A stretch of DNA of 48,039 nucleotides from an uncultured Clostridia bacterium (GTDB lineage: Bacteria > Bacillota > Clostridia > Christensenellales > UBA1242), in the NCBI GenBank assembly GCA_944350095.1, contig CALVOB010000033.1:1-48039 (forward strand). The letters run 5' to 3'. The notes under the pieces are model-generated. The model was not told the DNA's origin, made no database searches, and saw nothing but the letters and a program-made list of their open reading frames with translations. Shown here in pieces: positions 35,458-46,616 of the stretch (position 1 is its first letter; each line of letters starts with the position of its first letter). A program made the translations under genes and the position numbers.

Positions 35458-37674
35458 TTGGAATACTTAACGCTTATATTGTTATCCGGAATTGTTTTTT
35501 TGCTTTTATTTTTGTTTAACAGAAAATTTCCTGAAAAACAAAATTTAATATATAGAATATTTATTATATGTCTTATAGCAATGTTTGCAGTAAGAATTAT
35601 TTTTGCTGATGCTTTTGATAATATTATTGCACTTAATACTAATTTGTTTACAAAACCAATGACGGCATTTTTGGCAATTCTTAGGTGGTTTAGTTTTACT
35701 GCAATTATGATAACATGTTTATCTGCTTTTACAAAGGCTAAATCTTATAGATATATTGTGTGTTTTATATCTGCTTTTTTGTGGCTTTTAAATTTAATAT
35801 TTTTCAAACAAAATGTTATAGCATTTGTTGGAACAGAAGAAGTTTCATTCTTCCATTATAGGTCCATACTATTTATGATAGAAATGGGTTTATTTGGTGG
35901 AATAGCCATATATGAACTATTTGTTTTATTAAAAAATAAAGAATATCCAACTAAAAAACAAATTGGAATAATGTTTTTAGTTTATGGGGCAGTAACAATA
36001 AGTTGTTTTCCGCTTTCAACTTTCCAAGTGCTATTTGGCATTTTTGGAACTGCACTTGAAGATTTTAATTTAACTCATAGACTTTTTCTTTATGCAACAA
36101 TATTAACATTAATATTATTATTTGTTATATTTAGAAAAAAAGATGATGATGCAAAAAGAACAATGCTTTTAACTGTAAGTACAAGTTCTTTGTTGTTGTT
36201 TTGTTATGCGTGGAATGTGTTTACCTTTACTTTTGCAGATTTGCCATTACACCTTTGCAATACTGCTATCTTTTTAATTTTTATAGCTTTTACATTCAAA
36301 GTTAAAAGTGTTTATTATTTTACTTATTTTGTAAATGTTATTGGCTCTTTCTTTGCTATGTTTATGCCAAATACAACCTCAACGCTTTTATCATATTCTG
36401 GTATACATTTTTGGTTTTGCCACGCTTATGTTTTAATTTTGCCAGTACTAGCTATGATGCTTGGACTTTACGAAAGACCAAACTTTAAATTTATGCGCAA
36501 CTCAATTTTCATCTTTACAGGTTATTTTGTAGCGATGATGATAGCAAATGCATGGATAAATACATTTCAATCGGTAGATTATTTCTTCTTGTATGGAGAT
36601 GTAATATCAAGTCATCTTGGTTTCTTAGAAAATATTAGAGTAAATTTTCAATGGCTGATAAATATCTCTGGAACTATTTATAGAGTTTATTGGCTGTATG
36701 ATATATTAGTATATATTGGCTATATTGCTTTAATGTTCTTAATCTGGGGAATTTATAAACTTTACTATAATGTGGAAGACCATTACAAAGAACTATTTAA
36801 ACTTAGAAAAATTGACAAACTTCAAATTGCAAAACTAAAAAAAGAAATAGGTGATATAACCAAACCTATAAATCCTGAGGGGGTAGATATGATTAAAATA
36901 ACTAATTTTTCTAAAACTTATGGCTTAAACAAACATAAAGCAGTAGATAATTTCAATCTTGAAATACATGACGGAGAAGTGTTTGGCTTTTTAGGGCACA
37001 ATGGTGCAGGAAAATCTACACTTATAAAGTGTATGGTTGGAATTCAAAGTATAACGGAAGGCAAAATTGAAATCTGCGGATATGATATTGAAAAACAACC
37101 ACTTCAAGCTAAATTGCAAATGGGGTATGTGTCGGATAATCATGCTGTATATGAAAATTTAACTGGTAGAGAATATATAAATTATGTTGCCGATCTTTAT
37201 ATGGTTAGCAAGGAAGACAGAGATGAAAGATTAGATAAATATACAAAAATGTTTCAACTTGAAAATGCTATAGATAATCAAATTAAAAGTTATAGCCATG
37301 GTATGAAACAAAAACTTGTTGTTATTGCCGCATTAATCCATAATCCAAAAGTTTGGATATTAGATGAGCCTTTAACAGGTTTAGACCCAAGCAGTGCATA
37401 TCAAATAAAAGAATGTATGCGCGAGCATGCAAGTAAGGGAAATATTGTGTTCTTTTCAAGTCACGTTATTGAAGTTGTAGAAAAAATTTGTGATAGAATT
37501 GCCATAATTCAGCATGGTGTGCTTCAAGGTGTGTTTGATGTTAAAAAGCTTGTAGATAATAATGTAAATCTTGAAGATTTGTATTTAAGCTTTGTTGAAA
37601 ATCAAAAGGATAAAGATGTAAAAGAATTAAAAAAAGTTCAAAAACTTGCATTTAAGTTGCAAAATAAAAAATAG
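35458..37674 (+). CDS. fusion protein: YwaF/TMEM164-like polytopic membrane domain plus ABC transporter ATP-binding domain
   Basis: 738 aa. The N-terminal 450 aa or so has more than 10 TM helices and an LPLHLCN motif (TIGR02206/YwaF-like). The C-terminal part has Walker [10 protein letters not shown], signature YSHGMKQK and Walker [14 protein letters not shown] start after AGAGGG. Confidence 0.8.
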   Translation: MEYLTLILLSGIVFLLLFLFNRKFPEKQNLIYRIFIICLIAMFAVRIIFADAFDNIIALNTNLFTKPMTAFLAILRWFSFTAIMITCLSAFTKAKSYRYIVCFISAFLWLLNLIFFKQNVIAFVGTEEVSFFHYRSILFMIEMGLFGGIAIYELFVLLKNKEYPTKKQIGIMFLVYGAVTISCFPLSTFQVLFGIFGTALEDFNLTHRLFLYATILTLILLFVIFRKKDDDAKRTMLLTVSTSSLLLFCYAWNVFTFTFADLPLHLCNTAIFLIFIAFTFKVKSVYYFTYFVNVIGSFFAMFMPNTTSTLLSYSGIHFWFCHAYVLILPVLAMMLGLYERPNFKFMRNSIFIFTGYFVAMMIANAWINTFQSVDYFFLYGDVISSHLGFLENIRVNFQWLINISGTIYRVYWLYDILVYIGYIALMFLIWGIYKLYYNVEDHYKELFKLRKIDKLQIAKLKKEIGDITKPINPEGVDMIKITNFSKTYGLNKHKAVDNFNLEIHDGEVFGFLGHNGAGKSTLIKCMVGIQSITEGKIEICGYDIEKQPLQAKLQMGYVSDNHAVYENLTGREYINYVADLYMVSKEDRDERLDKYTKMFQLENAIDNQIKSYSHGMKQKLVVIAALIHNPKVWILDEPLTGLDPSSAYQIKECMREHASKGNIVFFSSHVIEVVEKICDRIAIIQHGVLQGVFDVKKLVDNNVNLEDLYLSFVENQKDKDVKELKKVQKLAFKLQNKK

Positions 37675-37683
37675 AGGGCGGTA

Positions 37684-39288
37684 ATGATTGAAAGAATAAA
37701 AACATTAACTGCAATGCAGTTAAAGAATAGAAAAAATAGGAAGGCTAAAACTAAAACAAGCACTTCTATATCTATTATTATACAAGTTGCTGTTTGTATT
37801 TTAATTACAGTTGCACTTTATTTGATTTTAAATTATTTAAATGAATTAGGAATTTTGCCAATTGATACAAACTTTTTCTTATTCTTGTTGTTTATTACTC
37901 AAGCAATAAGCATTATAGCCTGTGTGTTTGGTTTAGCAAATATTCTTTATATGGAAAAAGATAACACCGTAATATTTAGCTTGCCAGCAAGACCTGCGGA
38001 AATATTTATAAGTAAACTTTCAGTTTTTTATATTACAGAATTTAAAAAGAATTTATTTTTCTTAGTCCCATTCTTTATAGCATTTGGTTTGGCATTAAAA
38101 TTAGGTGTAGTTTTCTATATATTTATTATATTTATGACTTTTTTACTTCCATTCATACCTGTTTTTATTGGAGCAATAGTTTCTCTTCCATTAATGTATT
38201 TTAAAAAGTTATTAAAAAAAATTCCTATATTAAAAATAATTTTAACACTAATTATTGCTTCCTTAGTTATATGGCTACTTGTATATATTACAAGTATAAT
38301 TCCAAGACCTCTTAAAATTGTAGCAATATATGATAAATTTTTTGCATTTTTAAAGGACTTTATAATTTCAGTAAATGTTTATTCTACAATTTATGAAATA
38401 ATAGCTAATGTAATGTTAAGCATTAATTTTTGGATAAATCTTTTATTATTTGTTGCTATACTTGTAGGATTAGCAGGACTTACTATTGGAATTGCATTCT
38501 TATATTTTAAAATAGCAAGTCAAAACTTTGAAAACTCATTTAAACCTAAGAAAAGTCAAAATAATACACCAAGTAAAAACACATTTTTTACTTTTATTAA
38601 AAAAGAAATTATTTTAAATTTAAGAAATACAGAAGTTTTTATTTCTCACTTGTTATATATAATAAGTTTACCTGTTCTACTTTATGTAATAAATGAAGTT
38701 ATTTCTGCCATCGATACAAATTTAAATGGTATTGCAATTGCCTTTGCTGTTAATTTGTTAATAGGGCTTATGTTCTTAACTGCAACTAATACCATGTGTG
38801 CCTCCGCTATAACTAGTGAAGGTTCGGAATTTGGATTAATAAAAACTGCACCAAGTGATACAAGCAAAATTTGCTATGCTAAATTTTCTGTAAATTTTAT
38901 GTTGTCACTTGTGGGTATTATTTCAAGTGTAATAATACTTGCATTTACTTCCAAATTTGATGGTCTTAGTATATTTATTCTTTTTATAACATTCTTATTT
39001 GCAAACACAGCACACATGTTTTGGTCCTTGCAAATAGATGTGCTTCACCCTTATTTAACTGAATATGCAAGCTCAGGGAACATTAGAGATAACAAAAATA
39101 TTGGAACTTGTTTATTAATAGGGCTTGCTATTGCAGTTGTAGTTGCAGTAATAGGATATTTTTGTTTTCAAGGTATGAATATAATAAATATGCTAAAACT
39201 ACCTTTAATCGCTGGACTTTTCTTTGTTCTTCGTTTATACTTATTTCAGATCAATTTAAAAACATATTTCGACAAAATTCAAATGTAA
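37684..39288 (+). CDS. ABC exporter permease-like polytopic membrane protein
   Basis: 534 aa with about 12 predicted TM helices. Immediately downstream of the ABC ATPase fusion. Confidence 0.65.
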   Translation: MIERIKTLTAMQLKNRKNRKAKTKTSTSISIIIQVAVCILITVALYLILNYLNELGILPIDTNFFLFLLFITQAISIIACVFGLANILYMEKDNTVIFSLPARPAEIFISKLSVFYITEFKKNLFFLVPFFIAFGLALKLGVVFYIFIIFMTFLLPFIPVFIGAIVSLPLMYFKKLLKKIPILKIILTLIIASLVIWLLVYITSIIPRPLKIVAIYDKFFAFLKDFIISVNVYSTIYEIIANVMLSINFWINLLLFVAILVGLAGLTIGIAFLYFKIASQNFENSFKPKKSQNNTPSKNTFFTFIKKEIILNLRNTEVFISHLLYIISLPVLLYVINEVISAIDTNLNGIAIAFAVNLLIGLMFLTATNTMCASAITSEGSEFGLIKTAPSDTSKICYAKFSVNFMLSLVGIISSVIILAFTSKFDGLSIFILFITFLFANTAHMFWSLQIDVLHPYLTEYASSGNIRDNKNIGTCLLIGLAIAVVVAVIGYFCFQGMNIINMLKLPLIAGLFFVLRLYLFQINLKTYFDKIQM

Positions 39289-39299
39289 GGAGATTAAAA

Positions 39300-42200
39300 A
39301 TGGCAAAAAAATACATACCAATTATAGCAGGCATTGTGGCAGTTGTTGCAATCATAGTTATTGCAATTATAGGCTCAAATCCAGATATAAGGAATAAAGA
39401 TGTTTATGTTGCTTCTATTAATGTGACTAATCTAGCAAATGGAACTATAAGTGATAATATTGGGGATTATAAATATTATTATATGACAGATGACAATACT
39501 GAAATAGTAGAAAATAAATATACCTTTAAATTAGAGTACACAGTAAGTCCTGCCAATGCAACGCAAAAAACAGTTAATTTTACATCATCAGACACTACCG
39601 TTGCAACGGTCAATGAAGATGGACTTGTTACTTTTGAAAGAAATGAATCTGTTTTTATAACTTTAACAGCAAAAGATGAACGCGCTGTTTCTACAAGGGT
39701 TCAACTTGTTTGGCCAGCTAATGTAGATACAGGTATGTCTGTTAATTTAAATAATGACAACAACTTAGTTTTTGAAAATATAAGCGGAACACAATATTAT
39801 AGTATTGAAGATAATGTATTGTATTTATATAACAATATGAATTATGCAATTGATACTGATGCCGTTTTAGTTGTTTCTGAAACATCTATTGCAAACTTTG
39901 AAGACGGAGCATTAACCACATCTGGCTTAGGTGAGTTTACTTTGACATTTAATTTTGGTGAGGGCGACAAAGCTATCACAAAAGCTCAAACAGTACAAGT
40001 TGTAGAATATATTAATAACTTTCAAATGGGAACAGCTTATGCTTCTTACTTAAATACAGTTGCAAATTTAAACAATGAAGATTTAGCTATCAATTATTTA
40101 AATACAAATGCTATACCTTACGAAGTAGGGGTAGATAATGCTTTTTATTTTGATATAGTTATTCAAAATAACAATCTTGAAACTGTTAATTTGCAAGATG
40201 CAAATCTTGTATATAGTGTATATGAAGTTGTTAATGGGCAAAATAGTTTAATTGAAGACAATTCATCTGTTTTTACAATAAATCAAGATGGAACGCTTCA
40301 ATTTAAATCTACAAGCGTTGGAAAAACATATCAAGTTTCCGTTCTTCCAAAATTCAACTTTTTAAACAGACAAGCTGTAACATTTAATTTTAAAGTTGTT
40401 GAAGGAGTGAATGTATTTACACATTCAGATTTAAAAACATATTTTAAAGATTTAGATATTAATTATATTATATTACATAGCAATATTAGAGTTGAAGTTG
40501 AAGCAAATCAATTAGATCCTTATGGCAGATTAATAAATTATGCTGAACTTACAAGCAATGGTGGAGTTACAGGAGATATATACACAAGATTATACACTGA
40601 ACAAGATTTACAAACATATCAAGATAGTTTAAATGTTACATTGTCAGGAAACTATTTTAAGGTAGATGCAAGCGAACTTCCTTTCTTAACTATCACCTCA
40701 GGGTATTCTTCACATGATACTTTAAAGTGGACACAAGATAGTGGATATCCATGTGCAAGTGTTCAAACAGCCATATTTAAAGTTCAAGAAGTTACTAACG
40801 ATGCTTATAATACTGGTATAGAAAAAACAAATATTGTTAATTTTAATATCAACAACATTACATTAGAAGGTAATACTTCAACAGGAATTTTATATGAAAA
40901 TTTCCCAACAGCCCCAGATACAGGTCTTCCAATTATTCCAGATGACGAGGCTCAGGTAATAGCTGATCAAGGTTCATCTTCTGCAGGATTTATGGGAAGA
41001 GGTGCTGTTATGGTTAACACAAACAATGTTGTTGTGTTAAAGGCACATACAGGTGTTTATGTAACAGGTTCTTGTGGTGGTGTAAATGCTAATTACACCT
41101 TAATAAATGATTCTTGGGGAATAGGTCTCTTTGGTTGGAGGACTTCTTATGTAACACTTGAAAATTTCAAAGTAGTTCGTGCAGGTGGTGCAGCTCTTTG
41201 CTTTACAGATGCTACCATTACAGATGCTTATAGTGAAGATTGGATGGATCTTAATTTAACATTAGGTGAAAATGTTGTTATAGATAATTATGTTGCAGGA
41301 ACAGAGGGATACTTTATTGTAAATGGGCTTTCTGCTGTTGTTCCAAAATTAAAAGGACAACTTAATCCACAAATTCAAACATTAGGCAAAACGGTTCTTA
41401 AAGATGAGATAATAGATGGTCAACCTTATTCAGTTTTCAATTTTGCAATTCAATTCGGAAGAGAATCTAATAATTACGCATTAACAAATTATACAATAAA
41501 TAACATTGGGCAAGAAGATGGTTGGAGAGTTTATGTTCCAGGTATGTGGCTTGAAAGACAAGGAGAATATCTTGTTAATGTAAATAATCCAAATGAAAGT
41601 TACTTAGTTGGAAATAATAAGTCTTATACAATCGCTAAAAAAGAAACTGACAGTCAGTTAACCATCAATTTCTTTACAGGATATAATAATGATAATGAAC
41701 CTGAATACACAACAATAGAAAGAAAGAGTGGCTATTACAATAACGCTGTTGTAAATGCATTTGATGGTGTTGGACTTGCAGGCGTAAGCAAGATTTCAAA
41801 TTTAGATGATGCACTTTTAGTAGCGGGCGTAGTTGGCGGTTACATTACTGATGCTAACTTTGTTCAAGATATAACAGGAGAAGGAACGGCAACAGGTTCA
41901 GTAGCACAATTATTAAATGGGGAAGTTACTCTTATTGAAACAGCTTCTTCCTATGGTTTAAATTTAGGTATAACTTCTACAAAAGATAAAATAATATCTA
42001 AAATTACTGCCCTTGGTACAAATTTAACCACAGGTTTACAAGCATTTGCTGGTTTATCTGATGTTCAAAAAATAGTTTATCTTTGCGATTATGATATGCT
42101 TTCAAATATAAAAACTAATATAGAAACATTCAAAGCTTTACTTGAAAACCCAATGCTTGATATGCTTCCAAATGCAGAAACTGTAAAAACACAAATTCAA

Positions 42201-42416
42201 ACTTTAATAGGCGGATTTGAACAAGTGCCAGCGGGTGCTTCATCAAATGCTACATTAGTTCAAGCAACAGTTGCTATTACATGCAATAACGATTTAATTG
42301 ACATTAAAGATGAAGAAGGCTCTATGAACTTAATAGAAGTTAAAATTAACAGCGAACTTTTAGGAGATTTTTCAGGTATTTTAATATTTGCAGGATTATT
42401 TCCTTATTCAGCTTAA
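39300..42416 (+). CDS. large membrane-anchored surface protein with Big_2 Ig-like domain and probable beta-helix region
   Basis: ATG 39300 follows AAGGAGA. The track's 39108 start overlaps the permease. Signal-anchor IIAGIVAVVAIIVIAIIG. Big_2-like block VSPANATQKTVNFTSSDTTVATVNEDGLVTF. Repetitive N/T/G-rich strands follow. Confidence 0.75.
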   Translation: MAKKYIPIIAGIVAVVAIIVIAIIGSNPDIRNKDVYVASINVTNLANGTISDNIGDYKYYYMTDDNTEIVENKYTFKLEYTVSPANATQKTVNFTSSDTTVATVNEDGLVTFERNESVFITLTAKDERAVSTRVQLVWPANVDTGMSVNLNNDNNLVFENISGTQYYSIEDNVLYLYNNMNYAIDTDAVLVVSETSIANFEDGALTTSGLGEFTLTFNFGEGDKAITKAQTVQVVEYINNFQMGTAYASYLNTVANLNNEDLAINYLNTNAIPYEVGVDNAFYFDIVIQNNNLETVNLQDANLVYSVYEVVNGQNSLIEDNSSVFTINQDGTLQFKSTSVGKTYQVSVLPKFNFLNRQAVTFNFKVVEGVNVFTHSDLKTYFKDLDINYIILHSNIRVEVEANQLDPYGRLINYAELTSNGGVTGDIYTRLYTEQDLQTYQDSLNVTLSGNYFKVDASELPFLTITSGYSSHDTLKWTQDSGYPCASVQTAIFKVQEVTNDAYNTGIEKTNIVNFNINNITLEGNTSTGILYENFPTAPDTGLPIIPDDEAQVIADQGSSSAGFMGRGAVMVNTNNVVVLKAHTGVYVTGSCGGVNANYTLINDSWGIGLFGWRTSYVTLENFKVVRAGGAALCFTDATITDAYSEDWMDLNLTLGENVVIDNYVAGTEGYFIVNGLSAVVPKLKGQLNPQIQTLGKTVLKDEIIDGQPYSVFNFAIQFGRESNNYALTNYTINNIGQEDGWRVYVPGMWLERQGEYLVNVNNPNESYLVGNNKSYTIAKKETDSQLTINFFTGYNNDNEPEYTTIERKSGYYNNAVVNAFDGVGLAGVSKISNLDDALLVAGVVGGYITDANFVQDITGEGTATGSVAQLLNGEVTLIETASSYGLNLGITSTKDKIISKITALGTNLTTGLQAFAGLSDVQKIVYLCDYDMLSNIKTNIETFKALLENPMLDMLPNAETVKTQIQTLIGGFEQVPAGASSNATLVQATVAITCNNDLIDIKDEEGSMNLIEVKINSELLGDFSGILIFAGLFPYSA

Positions 42417-42426
42417 TTAAAAAAAT

Positions 42427-42454
42427 AAAAAATCACGGTATCCGTGATTTTTTA
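42427..42454 (+). terminator. intrinsic terminator
   Basis: AAAAATCACGG-tat-CCGTGATTTTT. Confidence 0.8.
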
Positions 42455-42529
42455 TTGCCATGGATTTTATTATTTAATATAATGATATAGGATATTAAAT
42501 ATAAAAAAATTTAATTTATGTGAGTGATT

Positions 42530-43240
42530 ATGAATTTAATTAAAGAAGATTGGAATAAAACAGATGGTAAGGAATTTCAAAATTATTTATTAAATTTTGC
42601 TAGGCCAGAAAAAGTAGAGTGGACAAGAAAAATACTTAATACAAACATGCCACTTTTAGCTATTTTATCTCCTGAACTTAAAAGAATAACAAAAGAAATT
42701 TTAAAAGGTAATTTTTTATCGTTTTTAGATTTATGGTTATGGGATTATTATGACAACACTGCAATAAATGGAATTTTAATTTCAAAAATAAAAGATTTTG
42801 AAATTTATAAAAAATATTTAACCAAATTTGCAAATAAAGTTGATAATTGGGCGTCTTGTGATATATTAACTTTTAATATCAACAAAGAAAATGAAGAAAA
42901 ATTTTTTAATTTGGCACTAAATTTTATTAGAAACAAAAAAACATTTGTTAGAAGAATAGGTTTTGATATTTTTTTTAAATTCATTGGCAGCGACATATAT
43001 TTAAATAAAATATTTGAAATTCTAAATGATTTTGAAAGTGAAAAAGAATATTATGTTAATATGTGCATTGCTTGGTTTATAGCAGAATGCTTTACAAAAA
43101 AGAGAGACAAGACATTAAACTTTTTACAATCCAATAAACTAAATGCATTTACAATTAATAAAGCGATACAAAAGTGTAGAGATAGTTTTAGAGTAAGTGA
43201 AACTGATAAAGAAATGTTATTAAGGTTTAAAAGGAACTAG
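42530..43240 (+). CDS. DNA alkylation repair protein (AlkD-like HEAT-repeat family)
   Basis: About 236 aa. ..VDNWASCD.. and the overall pattern are typical of the DNA_alkylation family. ATG 42530; the track gives GTG 42524. Confidence 0.7.
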   Translation: MNLIKEDWNKTDGKEFQNYLLNFARPEKVEWTRKILNTNMPLLAILSPELKRITKEILKGNFLSFLDLWLWDYYDNTAINGILISKIKDFEIYKKYLTKFANKVDNWASCDILTFNINKENEEKFFNLALNFIRNKKTFVRRIGFDIFFKFIGSDIYLNKIFEILNDFESEKEYYVNMCIAWFIAECFTKKRDKTLNFLQSNKLNAFTINKAIQKCRDSFRVSETDKEMLLRFKRN

Positions 43241-43281
43241 TTTTGCTTGAAGTTTTTTTTTAATTGTGCTAATCTTAAAAA

Positions 43282-44196
43282 GTGGAAATGATAGAGTTAA
43301 TTGAAACAAGTAAATCTTATAAAAATTTTTGTAGACTTATTGATTTTAATAAGCTTTCTCATGCATATCTTATTTCAAGCCCAGATGAAGATTATAATAG
43401 AGAATTTTGTAAACTAATCGCAATGAGATTGAATTGTAAAGAGGTTTGCAAACATTGTGAAAATTGTGTTAAAATTTTAAATGATACACACCCAGATGTT
43501 TTATCTTTTCCTAAAAATAAAAATTTTGTGGTAGAAGATGCTAAACTGATTATAGAAGAATTAAATGTTATACCTATGCTATCAAGTTTAAAAATCTTTA
43601 TAATAAACAATTTTAATAAAGCCACAACTCAGGCTCAAAATAAACTTTTAAAAAGCATTGAAGAGCCTCCTAAAAATGTTATTTTTTTAATTAATGCTAC
43701 TACACTTGAAAGTGTTTTATCAACTATTCAATCTAGAACTCAAAAAATTGAGCTTTTGCCATTTGATGAAAATGTTTTAAAAAAATATTTAAATAGTAAT
43801 GGCGAAAATATAAATGAAAATGCTTTATTAGAAGGTGAGGGATGGCCAGGTAAAACTATTAAATATAATGAAAATCAAAACTTTTTAAAAAATTGCAATT
43901 TTATTAATGATATGCTTGAAAATATGAAATCTAGTAAGGAAATAATTAATTATAGTGCAATTTTTTCTCAAAAAGATGGATTTGAAGAAAGATTAAATTT
44001 ACTTGAAAATGCTTTTGATAAAATATTAAACAATATAATTAGTGGAGTGGACAGTACTTATACAAAAGAAGGAATAGCCATGATTTTTGAAAAAATAAAT
44101 AATGCTAAAAAGCAATTTCAATCGAATTGTAATTTAAATTTAATTGCTGATACATTATTGCTAGGAATTTTGGAGGTTAAATATATATGCAAGTAA
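43282..44196 (+). CDS. holB: DNA polymerase III subunit delta'
   Basis: 304 aa. ..LSHAYLISS.., zinc module CxxCxxC (CKHCENCVKI), HPDV, and sensor SRTQKIEL. Conserved position upstream of yaaT. The start could be ATG 43288. Confidence 0.8.
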   Translation: MEMIELIETSKSYKNFCRLIDFNKLSHAYLISSPDEDYNREFCKLIAMRLNCKEVCKHCENCVKILNDTHPDVLSFPKNKNFVVEDAKLIIEELNVIPMLSSLKIFIINNFNKATTQAQNKLLKSIEEPPKNVIFLINATTLESVLSTIQSRTQKIELLPFDENVLKKYLNSNGENINENALLEGEGWPGKTIKYNENQNFLKNCNFINDMLENMKSSKEIINYSAIFSQKDGFEERLNLLENAFDKILNNIISGVDSTYTKEGIAMIFEKINNAKKQFQSNCNLNLIADTLLLGILEVKYICK

Positions 44197-45017
44197 AAGA
44201 AGTAGGAATAAACTTTGAAGGACAACCTAAAATATATAGTTTTGATTCAGCAGGTTTTAATTTAAAGCTTGGTGATTATGTAGTGGTGGAAACTGCCCGT
44301 GGATTAGAACTTGGAAAGGTTTCAACAGAAGAAAAATTAGTTGAAATTAAAGAGGAAAACGAACCTTTTAAAAAAGTTATCCGCATTGCCACAGAAGAAG
44401 ATAAAAAGAATAAAGAAGATAATATTGTTGAAGCTAGAAAAGATAAATCTCGTATTATAGAAATTATAAAAAACTTTAACCTTGATATGAAAATTGTAAG
44501 CGTTGAGCTTACATTGGATAGAAGCAAAATGTTAATAAGTTTTACTTCGGATAATCGTGTGGATTTTAGAGAACTTGTAAAAACGCTTGCCAGCGAATTT
44601 AAAACAAGAATTGAGCTTCGTCAAATTGGACCAAGAGATGAGGTGAAAATTTTAGGTGGCTTAGGCCCTTGTGGAAGACCTTGTTGTTGCACTAAAAATA
44701 CAGGAGATTTTGAACATGTTTCCATAAAAATGGCTAAAAATCAAGGTCTTTCATTAAATCCTAGCAATATTAGCGGTCTTTGTGGAAGATTAATGTGCTG
44801 TTTAAGCTATGAAAATAAACACTATGAAGAAGCCTTAAAGCTTATGCCTAAGGTAGGAAGCATTGTAAAAACTCCAGATGGCGAGGGAACAGTGCTTAAT
44901 AACAACTTGTTAAAAAGAACAGTTGAAGTAAAATTTGAAGATGACAAAAAAGAATATGGGGTAAGTGAGTTAAAATTTGATAAAATAGTAACGGCACATT
45001 CAGATTTAGAAGATTAA
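44187..45017 (+). CDS. ricT: PSP1-domain protein (YaaT/RicT)
   Basis: 276 aa. PSP1 domain with Cys-rich GPCGRPCCC..GLCGRLMCCL. holB-yaaT synteny. Confidence 0.85.
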   Translation: MQVKEVGINFEGQPKIYSFDSAGFNLKLGDYVVVETARGLELGKVSTEEKLVEIKEENEPFKKVIRIATEEDKKNKEDNIVEARKDKSRIIEIIKNFNLDMKIVSVELTLDRSKMLISFTSDNRVDFRELVKTLASEFKTRIELRQIGPRDEVKILGGLGPCGRPCCCTKNTGDFEHVSIKMAKNQGLSLNPSNISGLCGRLMCCLSYENKHYEEALKLMPKVGSIVKTPDGEGTVLNNNLLKRTVEVKFEDDKKEYGVSELKFDKIVTAHSDLED

Positions 45018-45706
45018 TGGAAAAAATAGAAGAATTAGATTATGGTTTAAAAATATATCAAAACAGCGAACTTTATACTTTTACAAGTGACGCTGTTTTG
45101 CTTGCTAAGTTTGCAAAAATAAAAAATGGTGAAACTGTTATAGATTTAGGAACAGGTAGCGGAATAATTGCATTGTACTTAGCAAAAAAAGCTGATGTTA
45201 AAAAAATATATGGAATAGAAATTCAAACTGAACTAGCAAAAATGGCACAAAAAAGTGTAAATCTAAATAATTTGCAAGAAAAAATTGCGATTATAAATAA
45301 AAATATGTTGGATATTGATTTAAAAGCTAATGTTGTGGTAACAAATCCTCCATATAAAAAATTGACAAGCTATAGTAATCAAAATTTATCAAAAGCGATT
45401 GCAAGACACGAATTAAAAATTAACTTAGATGGGATTATTTGCACTGCAAATAAACTATTAAATACAGGTGGAAGATTTTATATTTGTTATGATTCAAATA
45501 GAACGGCTGAATTAATTTATAAACTTAAAAATTACAAATTAGAACCTAAAACAATTTTCTTTTCTTATCCTAATATCAATAAAGATGCAAGTATTGTTTT
45601 TATTGAAGCTATAAAAGGTGGTAGGGAAGGAATAAAAGTTTTGCCACCATTAATTACAAACGATAATAGTGGCAAGTATATAGAAAATTTAATTGTAAGG
45701 AGATAA
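45017..45706 (+). CDS. tRNA (adenine-N6)-methyltransferase-like SAM-dependent methyltransferase (YabB/TrmN6 family)
   Basis: 229 aa. SAM motif VIDLGTGSGIIAL and catalytic TNPPY. TAATG coupling to the upstream gene. Confidence 0.8.
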   Translation: MEKIEELDYGLKIYQNSELYTFTSDAVLLAKFAKIKNGETVIDLGTGSGIIALYLAKKADVKKIYGIEIQTELAKMAQKSVNLNNLQEKIAIINKNMLDIDLKANVVVTNPPYKKLTSYSNQNLSKAIARHELKINLDGIICTANKLLNTGGRFYICYDSNRTAELIYKLKNYKLEPKTIFFSYPNINKDASIVFIEAIKGGREGIKVLPPLITNDNSGKYIENLIVRR

Positions 45707-45708
45707 AA

Positions 45709-46506
45709 ATGCTATATTTTGTTGCAACTCCAATAGGGAATTTAAGTGATATTTCTTTAAGAGCCATTGAAGTTTTAAAGCAAGTTGATGTTATTGCATG
45801 TGAAGACACAAGGGTATCTATTAAACTATTAAATCATTACGAAATTAAAAAGCCATTAATTACTTATCATAAATTTAATGAGACAAACAGTGCTAAAGGC
45901 ATAATTAATTTATTAAATGAGGGTAAAAGTGTTGCTGTTATTTCAGATAGTGGAATGCCTTGCATTTCTGACCCTGGCGAAACATTAGCTAAACTTTTAG
46001 TGGAAGAAAATATAGAATTTACAGTAGTCCCAGGAGCGAATGCAGGGCTGTGTGCACTTATTTTAAGTGGATTTAATTCAAAAACCTTTGCTTTTGTAGG
46101 ATTTTTATCAGACAATAAAAAAGAAAAAATAAAGCAAGTACAAAATGTTAAAAATTTTAATGGTAGTCTAATATTTTATATTTCTCCACATAATTTATTT
46201 AAAGATTTAGCTTTTTTATACGAGTTTTTAGGGGATAAAAAAGTTTGTCTTGTAAATGAAATAACAAAAAAATTTGAAAAAAAATTTATTTTTAATTTAA
46301 GTTTGCCACCTGAAATAGAAGCAAAAGGTGAATATGTTCTTATTGTTGAAAATAATGTTATAGAAAAAGAGAATAGTTTAAATACACTATCCATAGATGA
46401 GCATATTAACTATTACATCGGGCAAGGGTTAACAAAAAATCAGGCTATAAAAAAAGTTGGAAAGGATAGAAATATTAAAAATCCTTATAAAAACATTAAA
46501 AATTAA
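45709..46506 (+). CDS. rsmI: 16S rRNA (cytidine1402-2'-O)-methyltransferase
   Basis: 265 aa. LYFVATPIGNLSDISLRAIEVLK..IACEDTR..SDSGMPCISDPG. Confidence 0.9.
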   Translation: MLYFVATPIGNLSDISLRAIEVLKQVDVIACEDTRVSIKLLNHYEIKKPLITYHKFNETNSAKGIINLLNEGKSVAVISDSGMPCISDPGETLAKLLVEENIEFTVVPGANAGLCALILSGFNSKTFAFVGFLSDNKKEKIKQVQNVKNFNGSLIFYISPHNLFKDLAFLYEFLGDKKVCLVNEITKKFEKKFIFNLSLPPEIEAKGEYVLIVENNVIEKENSLNTLSIDEHINYYIGQGLTKNQAIKKVGKDRNIKNPYKNIKN

Positions 46507-46616
46507 TAAAAAATTATTAAAAAATTAATTTGTTTTTATAATTATTTTAATTTTTAATAAATAATTTGAAAATAAATATTGTAATTAAAATTAATCGTTT
46601 TAAATTTAAATTAAAT

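Noticed and set aside
39108-39299. N-terminal extension of the surface-protein ORF (track start 39108)
   Set aside because: It overlaps the permease gene's 3' end in another frame. ATG 39300 has an AAGGAGA SD and begins a typical signal-anchor.
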